Positions 14,201 through 26,351 of a DNA stretch of 64,000 bases are shown in pieces. The notes under the pieces were generated by a model, which was not told where the DNA came from, ran no database searches, and saw only the letters and a program-made list of their open reading frames with translations. The stretch comes from Syncephalis fuscata S228. Lineage: Eukaryota; Fungi; Zoopagomycota. Location: NCBI GenBank assembly GCA_025786725.1, contig JAHLTZ010000002.1, positions 248,001 to 312,000 on the forward strand, in the 5' to 3' direction. Within the stretch, counting starts at the first letter, position 1, and each line of letters opens with the position of its first letter. The position numbers were made by a program, and so were the translations under genes.

Positions 14201-17200
14201 GTACCGCCCATAATAGTGTGTTGTGTCGTATAATGACCAGTAGTAAATTCGTTTGAATTCATAATAGCCATACTGTTTAGTCCGGTAAATGTCAAGTTAT
14301 TGACAGCAGGTATCGCACTATTGTTACTACTATTATGATTCGTACTATTATTGGTGGCGGCATGGCCAGTAATCGTGTTATTATTACTATTATTATTAAC
14401 TAATCCACGTAAAGGTATACGCATACTAGATGGATGATTTGAGCTTTCACCGGTATTGAAGTTGCTATTGGTGGCACTATCAACGTTGCGATCTGGTCTT
14501 TCCACTTCGGCAAATGTAATCATCGGACCCGTAGAAGTGTTTGTACCGTTCTGGTTATTACCCGATGAATTGGTAGCGTCTCTAGGTCGTTTACTCAATT
14601 GTCGAGCTGATAATACCTCTTCATTGTCGTCATCTCCATTAGTGTGGTCGTTATCGTGTGGTGATGATGGTGCTTGAAAGTCAATTTCATCGACTAGATC
14701 GTCAACTAAATATGGATCTTCAATTTCAATACTTTCACCAACTAGATTGGCCAGATTCAAATCTTTGGCAATTAACTCCTCAAAACTACCTTGTTCAATA
14801 CTTTGGCCATCACTCATAACAATGATCTGATCGCATTTCTCAAGTAGTTGTAGTTGATTTGTAACTAGAATAACTGCTTTGTCTTTTAGATAGCCAGTAA
14901 TACACTCGTTGAAGATATGTTTGCCAATTTGTGCATCCATGGTGCTAAGTGGGTCGTCCATAAGTAGAATCGAGGCATCGCTATAGACTGCACGAGCAAT
15001 ACTGACACGATGACGTTGAGCCAGTGTAAGATTAGCACCCCGTTCTCCAATAGCCGTATCATCTCCTATTATCAATACATAGATTAGTATTGACAGTATA
15101 ATGATATAGCTATCTAGATAATTACCTCGACTTAGTGATTTAATGTCACGGGTTAGTGCACAGGCTCTTATAACTGCTCGGTATTTATGTTCATCATATG
15201 GCATACCAAATACAATATTCTCCTTTAGGGTAGAACTAACTAGCCATGGCTCTGAAGGCACATAGGCAATGGATCCGTGTAAATGCATAATACCTTCTGA
15301 TTTACGCAACTGGCCCATAATAGCCAATATAGTCGACGATTTACCGGCACCGACATCGCCAACTACAGCTACAATATCGCCCGCCCGTACCGTCATTGAA
15401 AGAAATGAAATAGTTGGATTGACATCGCCTTCCCATATAAAATCGGCATTATTCTACTTGTATATTAGTATCAAATGTTAGTTATAGCTATTATGCTACA
15501 TACCATGTAAATGCGTAGTTTAGGATCATCGGCAGGCGGTGGCTCAACGAGAGGTGGACGTACTTCAGGCTGTGAAAAGAACTCATCCAATCGATTATGA
15601 ACAACTTTGGCACTTTGTTGACTACGTACAGCCAATGGAAGCATAATTAGCGGTACGCGCATCATATTAAAGATCGACAACAGCGTGAATATATGTGTGG
15701 CCCGCATGTTAATTTCACCCATAATCTGCTGTTCCATAACTAGACAAAGAAGGGCCAGAACAACCGGCGATACAAAGGCAATCATAAAAGTCCATGCTTT
15801 AGCCATAAGACTACGACGTAAATGACGTAGTTCTTCGCGACGAATAGCCTTAACTCGGTCGCGAAAGAATACTTCCCAGGCATAGCATTTAATCGTACGT
15901 AATGAGGTAAGGATTTCAGATATGGCCCCCACACGATCGGCCGTTCTACGGGCCATAGCAAATGAATTACGTGAAATAAGTTGACCCAGTTTGTATGTAT
16001 AGGAAATATGATAACGAGTAGCGCCAGAGAAGGTGCGGCACTAACCCCCAATTCAACAAAGGCTAAAGCAATAACGACAATGCCTTCTAATACTGAACTC
16101 CATATATAATGTCGATGTACATAGGCTTCGGCCAATCGATTAACGTCATCGGCCAACAAGTTAACAATATCACCAATGGCCAATTCAACACTATGTAGTC
16201 GAAGTGATTTACGAAAGATAAGTGCCATAATTGCTGACCGTACTTGAATGCCTGTCCGTGTACTTTCCGCCACCAATTGATGTGAACAAATACTGGCCAA
16301 CCATATACTTAATAATAGTGCTAGTGCGTAAATATGTGTTTCATGGTAACTCTTGGCAGCATTGGGCTTGCTAAGTGTCTCAATAAATAAGACGACATTT
16401 TTGAATAGATAATAAGCACCAATATACGTAAATGCAATGGCAAATAATCGCCAAATTGCCAAAAAGTTATGGTTACGCAAAAATGTCCTACGTAATGCAC
16501 GTCGTACTGAAGGATTTCTAATAATAAAACAATAAAATAAATAATTAGTAATTAATCATTAATTATGATGTCATTAACTTACTTTTTCTTTTCCTTGTTA
16601 CTACTATTATTATTGCTATTGCTATTATTACTATTATTGCTATGATGAGTATCGCTATTTCTACGTTTACTATCACTCTTTGATTGACTATTAAATTCAC
16701 GGGCCAATTGTTTCTCCAATCGTTTAGCGACATTTCGAGCTGATTCACTTGATGGTAGCGCAAATATGTCAAGGGTCAAATTGTGCTTTTGTGAATATTG
16801 TAATAAAGAGAATACGGGCAGAAATAGCCACCGTGAAATAAAATTACGGCCTACAAGGCGAAGTTTACGACGTGAACCATAATCTTGTCCATCTCGATCC
16901 TCGTCATCTTCATCGTCATTCTCGTCATCTTGTGGCTGTTCTTGGTTATAACGATCACTGCCATCAAATTGACTTTCATTGTTATGGCTACTAGTTGAAT
17001 GGATACCACTTGTTGCACCCATCTCGGATGATACAGTTGCCGATTTGATGATTTGTGTAGTCTGCATAGAAGTGGCTACAGAACGTAAACTTGTAACGCC
17101 ATCGGTGTTTGTATCAGCAGTGTACACCACCGTTTCATCCGCTGTTTCCTGTACTGAACTAGTAACTATAGATTCAGATGAGTCAGGGATTGTTGCCGCG

Positions 17201-17259
17201 TTGGTCGATTGACTAGCACGCACTGTGGCTGAAGTGGTCGCATCCGACCACGTTACCAT
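11293..17259 (-). CDS. ABCC/MRP-type full ABC transporter (TMD-NBD-TMD-NBD), multi-exon
   Basis: NBD1 GDVGAGKSS and ILLMDD; NBD2 GRTGSGKST, FSLGQKQ and ILLMDE; two TM domains; one apparent 1-bp frameshift near 15995. Confidence 0.93.
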
Positions 17260-17854
17260 GGCGAAGTAGCGATATTTATTACACTGTGCAGTTGCAAGCC
17301 ACGCTATTCACTTAATAACTACGCCTATGTTGTGGAAATAAATAGTCGAATAAAAACGCTTCAACCAACTGTTGCCAGCAATCAATAGGTCTGGTAAATA
17401 GGCGAATCACGCACAGTAATTAACTATAAAGCAAGGAATAAAGAGTGTGGAAGACGTGTCACTGAACTAAAATAAAGAGTGGACAACTAATATAGTATAG
17501 CAGTGGTCGTTGTAGCAATAATAGTAGTAGAAATAAAGGTCTGAACAGTATAAATAGTTGGCGGGTCTAATCCAAAGGCTACAATAGAATAAAGGTTAAA
17601 GAAACGAAAAGAAAAGGAAAATGCTGTTCGTAAACTAATAGAACGCAAACGAAGACCAAAAGAGAAGCAACAAAAGAAACACGAAGATAGTAGCAATAAG
17701 CGATTCCTTACTAATCTTCACGAATCCAATTGCTTAAAAGTAAGATGCGAATAAAAGAGAGAAGTGAAATAGTGGAGTGAGTAAGTAAGAAAAGAGAGAA
17801 AAGAGACAGCGCTATTTGTGTTTGGAAATACAATATAACTGGAATATAAGCATG

Positions 17855-17952
17855 TGGATCTGTGTCTGTGTGGATTTGTGTGTCTGTGTCTGTGTCTGTG
17901 TCTGTGTGTGGATCTTTTCTCTCTCTCTGTGCGTGTCTGTGTGTCTGTGTGT
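17855..17952. repeat. (GTGTCT)n-type microsatellite upstream of the ABC transporter
   Basis: Tandem TGTGTC units visible directly. Confidence 0.85.
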
Positions 17953-19449
17953 CGAAAAAAAAGTCCGATAAGCATGAAAATAAAGGAAGGACACGGTGAA
18001 AGACTAAAAAGAGAAATGTAGCGTGGTGTTAATGTCGGAGAAAGTAACAGGAGAGAGTGAGAGCATGGAGAGAGAGAATGAGAATGGCGATAAGAAACAA
18101 GTCAAATGGTTGATATTTTATAGCTAGAAAACCTTTGAATCTATTATGCATACCCTATGTTTTATACCAAGCACAAGGCAGCAGTAATACTGGTATATTT
18201 ATTCGGCTTATGTTGTTGTTGCTGTTATTCAGTGACCAATAAAGGTGGACCTACCATTGCTAAAGGGTGTGCGCGTGCGTGTGTGCGTGTGTGTGCACTG
18301 CAGTCATAGACACCGTAATCATATTCTGCCATAAAGAAGTATATTTTGACCTACCTTTGTGTATGTTATGTAGGCCAAGTAGGACAGAAGGTTAGTAGTA
18401 AGCGACAATAAGTGATACGCGTGAAACAGGCCTATGTACTTTTCTATGGTCTAGTTCGATTTTCGTTAAAGAATTAGATTAACCGGTAGTGTGTATGGGT
18501 CCAATTCGCTAAGCTATTCTATTTCTATCACATGGTGATCGAAAGTACCCGACTATCCAAAAACTTGCTGTAAGTAAACTTGTAACACGGCCTGCAATGT
18601 CGGTAAAGTAAAGCGTGTAAAAGGCGGTGCTTCTCAGCTGATCCAGTAAATGATACACGCTCCCGGTTTCCATCTCTACTCACCGTAAGGATATGTACGC
18701 CAAAAGTTCCCCGAAGTAGTACAGGATGTACATTGCGTAAAAAGACGTTATGGAAAGTACCTGAATGTTCATTCGCATTGTAGTGTGAATAGAATGAAGT
18801 GCATAACATAGCAATGGAAATCATCTATATGGACATAATACTATTAGATGTTAACGTTAATGTTAACAACAACAACAATAAATAAATAATAACAACAAAA
18901 TAATAATAATAATAATGGATTAGTTTAATTAATAATTATCTAGTATACTATACGTTGATTTAACAGATGTATTTTATCTAATTAATATTATGCTTCAAAA
19001 GTTAGAGCGTAAAATGACAAGTGGATTCAAATGATTAAAGATGATAGTTATAAAATCAACTTATTAATTATTATTCTATTTTTATATTTACGTGTAACAC
19101 GCGCGATTTTTAACACTTTCTACTCGTTTAATAGTTTTTGCTTGTCAGATTGTTTCTCTTTCATTTTGATTGTTCCTATATTCTATTGAGTAACTACGGC
19201 AGCGTAACTGTTGGTCTTTTTGTTACATTAAACGTGTGTCTTGTTCTTTTTGTCGCTCTCACTTTCTCTCACTTTCTCACTTTCTCTCTTTTCTAGCAAC
19301 CATAGTTAGCGTTGTTGCTATCGGTGTCCAATCTTTGTTGTTGACACGTATTCTAAACGTAAATAGCTATTGATATACTTTGTCTTGTATACAATGATTA
19401 ATATTCGTACTTTTATCTATGCCTAGACTCTAAACGTCAAATTCTAACT

Positions 19450-20297
19450 ATGGCCGCCATGACCAACGACAAATCAATGCAGAATAACATGGACAAGCCA
19501 GTCGTTGCTTCTTCTGTCACTAAACGGTATGTTATATCATTAATAGATTAACTTTTTATTTACTCTAGTATAACTTTATAGTTTGCAGAATGAATTGATG
19601 CAATTGATGGTGAGTTACTTGCTACTTCTACTTATTACTTATTATGTAATACCATCATTCTCTATTTTAGATGGCCAATGTTGAAGGCATTACCGCATTT
19701 CCCATTGGGGATAATCTACTTTCATGGGCTGGCACGATCACCGGACCTGCTGGCACGGCAAGTTATTGCTTTGTAGCCTAGCCTTATATTGACTTGCTTC
19801 CTATTTCATTATCATTATGATTAGATCTATCAAGGGCTTGTATTCAAGATCTCCATGCTCTTTCCCACTGACTATCCGTTCTCAGCACCGATGGTGCGCT
19901 TTGAATCGCCATGCTATCATCCAAATGTAGATGATAACGGCAATATATGTCTTGATATTCTTAAGGTATGGTTAGACTAGATAGAAAGATATAGCAAACT
20001 TATATTGGATAACACTAGGAGGAATGGTCGGCCATTTACAATGCACAGACCATTTTGATCTCATTACAAAGTTTATTGGGCGGTAAGTTATTTGATTCTA
20101 CAGTAAATGATTGGCAAATAATAACGATATACATCTAGAGCCTAATAACGATAGTCCATTAAATGTTGAGGCAGCTCGTTTGTGGGATAATCCAAAAGGT
20201 AGACAGTTATAAGATATAATATAGTCATTAAATGTCAACATATTTAATAGCATTCCACGCCGAACTTATGCAAGTATACAAGGCGCCAGAAATGTAA
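19450..20297 (+). CDS. UBC11: Ubiquitin-conjugating enzyme E2-C (APC/C E2; Ubc11/UbcH10), 7 exons; absent from the ORF track
   Basis: Spliced: MAAMTNDK...[51 protein letters not shown]...[24 protein letters not shown]...[20 protein letters not shown]. One GC-AG intron at 19758-19824. Confidence 0.9.
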
Positions 20298-20539
20298 ACA
20301 ATGTTCTTGGGACAAAATTGATCATTTGAACACTCGTTTAATTATCAAGCAAGTTTAGGCACTTAATAAAAAATATGTACTTTCTACTAGGCTAAGGCTT
20401 TAATGTGAACAATGTTAGTATTAACAATAACAAAAATGTTTAAAAATCAAACCATTTTTAGTTACAACACAAAAAAGAAGAAAAATAATCGCTTCATAGA
20501 TTCTTTTTTATTTTACCAATTGTCTTTTGCTATTTTACA

Positions 20540-23432
20540 ATGCTTACTGAAACTGTACTTACAGCTGGTGATGGCGGTCTACAGCTATGGGATCCGCGTA
20601 CCGGCACTATTCTATCTAGTTACAAGTTAACCGGCGGCGACTGTCATCCCCACGCGTTAGCCGTAGGTAATGCCTCATTCCGTGGAGGCAGTCTACGTCC
20701 TGGTGTTATCTACGCGGCACAAGCCGATAAGGCAATGATGCATGTTTATCAGTTTGAAAAGGTAAGAAGCGGTTATTATTTAGTGCTATTGTTATTGTTA
20801 TTCTTGTTATTGACAGTATATATAACTGATTTATAATATAATATAATATAATATATGTATGTATGTACGTGTAGGATCAACCATTTATTAAATTTACAAT
20901 ACCTGAGGCTGGTTCAGCAGTTGTCGTATCTCATTCGGGTATTTATTGTGCTATGGGCACAAATACAGGACGTATTTATGTATGGGAGGTAAGGATTAAT
21001 AAATGACTTTAATGTTATTAAATATTAATATTATCGATATGACAGGTTACATCTGGCACATTATTGCGTGTTATTGATGCTCATTTTAAAACAGTAAATG
21101 TACTTCGATTTACCGATGATGATGCAGCACTTGTATCTGGTAGTGCTGATGCTACTGTTAAAGTATGGTTGATGGGCGGGTAAGTTTGACGCCATTACTG
21201 GATCAATTAACATCTAATTGTTAGATCTACATTTTGTTATATAGTGTTGTGGCTAAAGACCGTGAAGAAGCACCTGTACCATGTCATGCCTGGTCAGACC
21301 ATGCTTTGCCTATAACAGATATCTACTGTACAGGTGGTGGATTTGTCAATGGACGGGTATTTACAGTATCACGCGATCATACATGCAAGGTAACTAGTGA
21401 ATCATGAATTATTGCTATATCAATACAACTATTTATAATAAAATTAAATAACAGATTTGGTCGCTTAATACGGGCCAACTATTATTGACGCTTTTGTTCC
21501 CGGTAGCATTACACGCATGTTGTGTCCATCCAAGTGGCACGGTCGTTTTAGTCGGTGGACACGACGGAAAGATATACCAAGCCGATCTTTACCGGCGCTA
21601 CGACGAAGCAATACAGAACGGCAACAGCAACAACAACAAGCACCACAGCTATGGGAGGCAGCAGGCCAGAATAGTATGATGAGTAATGGTAGCGGTGTTG
21701 AAGGTGTGGCCTTACCTGGTGCACGCGGTGGACAATCGGGTAAAATATTTAATGGGCATAGGTGTGTATCTAATTGTAATATCATCGGTGTGATCATCTC
21801 ACTCTCTCTATAACTATTATTTTTATTAGTGGAGTCATCACCGGGTTAGCCATTTCTATGGATGGTACATTGCTCGTATCTAGTTCTGAAGATACTACAG
21901 TCAAAGTATGGGACATGATAGGTAGACAATTATTACGCACATTTACACAACATAAAGGTAAAGTAAAACACATTGGCATTTGATAGCCGTGGCACTAACT
22001 ACCTATGCTATTTGTATATATATTTGTATATATATTTGTATATATTCTTTTTTTGATCATTCTATTTTTATATGGCCATTAGGCGTGGTAACTAATGTTC
22101 AATTACTACTTAAACCTGATCGGGTTGGTGCTTTGACCAATACAAGTACAGCTCATCAGAAATTGGCTGCACCGCCTATTCGTGCTTTTAAGCGTACGCG
22201 ATTAATGCAAAATGACAGTAATGCCATAGGCCAGCCTGCATTGGCTGATGCTATGGCCACAAATACTATGTGGACATTTCTAGGAGATTGTACTGAGGTA
22301 ATAATAATAATAATAATAACACATTACAAATCACTTGATAACATTTGATATTCTAACAACTATTACGTCTACTACTGCTACTACGTCTACTACTGCTACT
22401 ACTATTAGGATTTTGATGAATTTGATGCTGAGTTGGAAAGTGAATGTAAGTAGCGGATTTTATACATTTATTGTAATAATCTATCGATACGAGCAATATT
22501 GGTCATAAAATTAAAGGCCTGGCCGAACTAGAATATGAATACCCAATTTTGTGTGATAGCACGGCCTAGATTGAATATGACATGTAGTCGTTATGGATAT
22601 TGCTTGCAATTGCGTATGTGCAATGAATAGAAATGAGTCATGGTTGATAAATAACAAAAATGCTAACTTACGTGTTTTTTACATTCTTATTCAACCGATA
22701 TTGGCTGGGCAGATGTCGAAGATGCCGATTTAGTGAATGAACTGTTAACTAGACGCCAAGTACGTAACACGCACGCGCGCCATGCACTGTTGTCGCCTAT
22801 TGAGGCTAGGCATGTGTGCGATATCACGTGACCATGCTTGGCCTTTTGCGTATCTGAGTATCGGACTGTGGCAATTGAAATAAGCCAATAACTACTGTTG
22901 TGGCATCATTTCTGTATTTTGTTTATGCTTTATCGCTAACGATTGCTATGTGACTCACGCTTGGCGAGACAATTGTTATAATAGTTACTACTATATTATT
23001 ATTATTACTATACTAACAACCATATTAATGATCTTGTTATACTTTATCTTATAGCAAGCACCAGATGCACAACAGAAATTGCGCGACCGTGCCGAGCAAT
23101 TACAACGGGAATTACAGCGTGTACAGCAACACCATACGCGTGTACGCCAGTTGCAAGATGAGCTATATCAGGGCGCGGTTTCAGCCTTTTTAGCAAATCG
23201 CCCGGTGTCGGACAGTACATTACCGACTGCCAACCAGGATAGCACGATGGCAACCGCGGCAAAAGAAGCGACACCAGATCAGCATGCTCTTGCCATAGCC
23301 GATATCGACATGCCACTGGCCTCGTCTCCGTCAACGACTGCTGCCACACCACCAGTAGCAGCAACACCAGCAGCTTCTGCCACTAGCAGTCATGGTCGTC
23401 CAACACGCACTCGACGCCAACGTGCTCATTGA
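20540..23432 (+). CDS. IPI3: WD40 pre-rRNA processing protein Ipi3/WDR18 (Rix1 complex), multi-exon
   Basis: WD repeats (GRIYVWEV.SG.LL...DAHF, WSDHALPITD, LVSSSEDTTVKVWD), FKR motif and C-terminal coiled coil. Confidence 0.82.
22785..22974 (+). ncRNA. Candidate intronic H/ACA-type RNA in IPI3 intron 22760-23054
   Basis: Stems TTGTCGC/GTGGCAA and GAGGCTAGGCATG/CATGCTTGGCCTT; H-box-like AAATAA at 22878-22883; second stem GCCAA (or TCGCTAA)/TTGGC(GA); ACA at 22969-22971. No rRNA target confidently identified. Confidence 0.45.
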
Positions 23433-23593
23433 TATGATTAATCCATACTGGCCATAATTGGCACATTAATATCTCGTTTCTATTCAATTTATAATTATAA
23501 ATAAATTAACATTTACTAACTTATTGCATGTAGCTAACTGACCTTCATTATATTATTATATGTATTTCAAATGGATAATGATTGATGATGTTT

Positions 23594-24329
23594 TGTGGCA
23601 TTTAACATTATTACACAGTTGATTTAATAAATAATTTATTAGCAATTTACTATGGTTTGATGATCAAATGACTAGTTTAATAATACTCGCGCAATTGAAC
23701 TAGACGTTTGTTCTATTGAACATGATAGTGGGTGGTGAGTGACGTCAATCATCAAAACACTCATCATTATAGATTTATTACCCAGTATGCATATATACTC
23801 TACTCATCTCAATAATTTCTATTTTATGCTTATAACAATAAATTGTATCCAATATAACATAGAATTATATATAACTTGATAAATGAATGAGTGAAATAAA
23901 GTAAAGTTTATTAATGATAACATTAGAACTAAAGTAAACATAGTTTAGATAGAGCAACGATAGTAGAGCATAGAATAATATATAGTAATGTGAAATAGAA
24001 CGGAAGTAATATAAATAAATGGTGGATATATGCATACTAGATAACGAATCTACAATGCTAAGTATTTGATGACTAATGTCACTCACCACCCATCATCATG
24101 TTCAATAGATTGGATGTTAATAAAAATAGCAATTTGACCATCAAATCACCATATGATTAAATAATCAGATTATTTAATATCTTTCATCACCTGGCCCATG
24201 TTCAATAGATTGAGTATGTAGTTCAGTTACGCGAATGTTATTTAGCATAGTTGTTTGAACCCAAATTATACTAGCTGTTAATAAATTGTTTATAAATAAT
24301 AATAATTTAATAATGTTGAATGTCACACA
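23594..24329. mobile_element. Foldback/MITE-like non-autonomous element with long imperfect inverted arms
   Basis: 23594-23725 is the imperfect reverse complement of 24197-24329, and 23711-23830 of about 23990-24110 (CTATTGAACATGAT...GGTGAGTGAC vs GTCACTCACC...ATCATGTTCAATAG). No coding potential; TSD not resolved. Confidence 0.65.
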
Positions 24330-25555
24330 TTATGAGTGAGAGCTAATAATGTAATAAACAGGCAATAGGGTAATAGATCACACAGTTATACTTGATCAAG
24401 TTGGTAAATAATTGTTTATTTGTGCGTATGATTAAATAAAGACAAACTATCAGCGTGCTAATTATGGCTAGCTGTAGATTGTTCCTAGCAATAGTATGCT
24501 AATAGTTTGTCTCCATTCAGTTTGCAACTATAAATAAACTATCGCCTATCAGCTAAGGGTGACTGCTTGACGTCCGTTGTATAGTCACACGCATGTCACA
24601 TGAACAGGAATAGGTAATGGAGATGACTGTGCAGCATTGTAGCTACCGTTACTACCACTGCTACTACTGTTAGTGTTGTTGCACTTGCTATCAATTGCTC
24701 CTTCCCTAGCCTTGTAGGAATAGAAATATGCACAGCAACTATCGCTAGGTATGCATTGACCATAGTGCGTTTGATGAGCAAAAGGCCAGTGTAAATATGT
24801 CAGCAAGCAAGAATTGCTCACGCGGCCACACGCGCCCATCACCCATGGACGCCTTTGAACGCATGTACCAATGGCCATACGTCCATTGCAATGCGCACAG
24901 CTATCACGATGGCCGTTCCTTTTTCTTTCCTATTCCCCAACATACTTGTTATCGTAGACTACTTTTGTTGTCGTTTTTACTTTTAACCTTTCGTTGTAAT
25001 CTGAAGGTAAGCTGAAGGCTAACAGGGGCGTAACTGTTTGTTCAAAACGTTATCTTTATTGGTATTACGTGGCACACGATTGGCCTATCATTCATTATGG
25101 CGGTGATAGCGCGGTCTTTACTGATACGCCAGAGAATAGCGGCAGCAAACGACGACCATCCGATGGTTGGGGATAAATGGTTCCATTTAGAGACAGTGGT
25201 ATATGCGTGTAGGTGGTGTGATGTGTGCTGTGCGTGTACGAAGCGGCTATTTGTGGTGCCGGCAGCTCTATCTTCCCTCGCTATCTATCTGCTTAGAGAA
25301 GCATATGCGCATACGCCCACGTACACGATACTCACGGCTGGTGGCGCCCTACATAAACGGGACATTGTCACATAGCGGACTGCGAAAGCGGAGTTTTGCT
25401 TTTTTATATTTTACTTAAACAAAACCAGCGCGCAAACTGATTGTGTTTTCTGTGTAGTTTATTGCACAGAAGAGCATATCGTTTGCCGGCGTACTTGTAG
25501 TTATTGATTAGCTTGTGTTTATACTACTAAAATTATTGCCACTTCTGCTGTGATT

Positions 25556-25672
25556 GCTGCTGTTGCTATTACTACTACTAGTGTCACTACTGCTGCTAGT
25601 ACGACTATTAGTGTCGCTACTGCTGTTACTGTTACTACTGCTACTACTACTACTACTACTGCCGCCACTGCT
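25556..25672. repeat. CTA/CTG trinucleotide microsatellite
   Basis: Tandem CTA/CTG units; explains the spurious poly-Leu ORF 25554-25928. Confidence 0.85.
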
Positions 25673-26351
25673 GCCGGCCATCGGTCAACGCAGGCTTAAT
25701 CATTACTACATTTGTCTCTATACTGTATTCTCTACTGTCCTTTATTGTCGCCTCTGTAATCTGAGACGGCTTGCACAAATAGACACAAGACGAGGACGAA
25801 AGAAAAAGGCCCAACGGCTATCACCCCGTGTGCTTGTGTGCATGTATCGTATATTGTGTATGCCTACTTGTATAGGTTTCGTGTGTGTATACGTTAAAAC
25901 CTCAAACATTGCCAATTATCGTTACTGACCACTGTATTACCTTGGCATTTATGCTCAGTAGATTCAAGTTCATTTTAGTAAATCGAACTCGCCTCTGCTC
26001 TTTGCTTTGCGTGGACGTACAAGCGCGTATTGATAAATAGTCTGTCTGTAGCGTGTCGTCCATCTGTGTATTTTCCTATATTCCTTATTGTTTTTTAGTA
26101 TTTGCATTTAAATTAGCGTAATAAGCATTTCTATTGCTGTTTAATCATAATTGGTTCTTTTGTTGACGGTGTTAAAAATAACAACAACAATAATAACAAC
26201 AACAACAACAGCGACTATTACCGTCACTGTTGGTATCGTAATAACCGTCGCAGCATTATTATTTCCATTGTCGGCGCCATTTCCATTACTTCCCTCATTA
26301 TCATTATTATTACAACAATATAGTATTACTATTTAGCTTACGACGGCAACC

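Noticed and set aside
17487-17994. ORFs with HR/TQ repeats
   Set aside because: Microsatellite translation in the ABC transporter upstream region.
25554-26336. Poly-Leu and poly-Thr ORFs
   Set aside because: Products of microsatellites upstream of the ankyrin gene.
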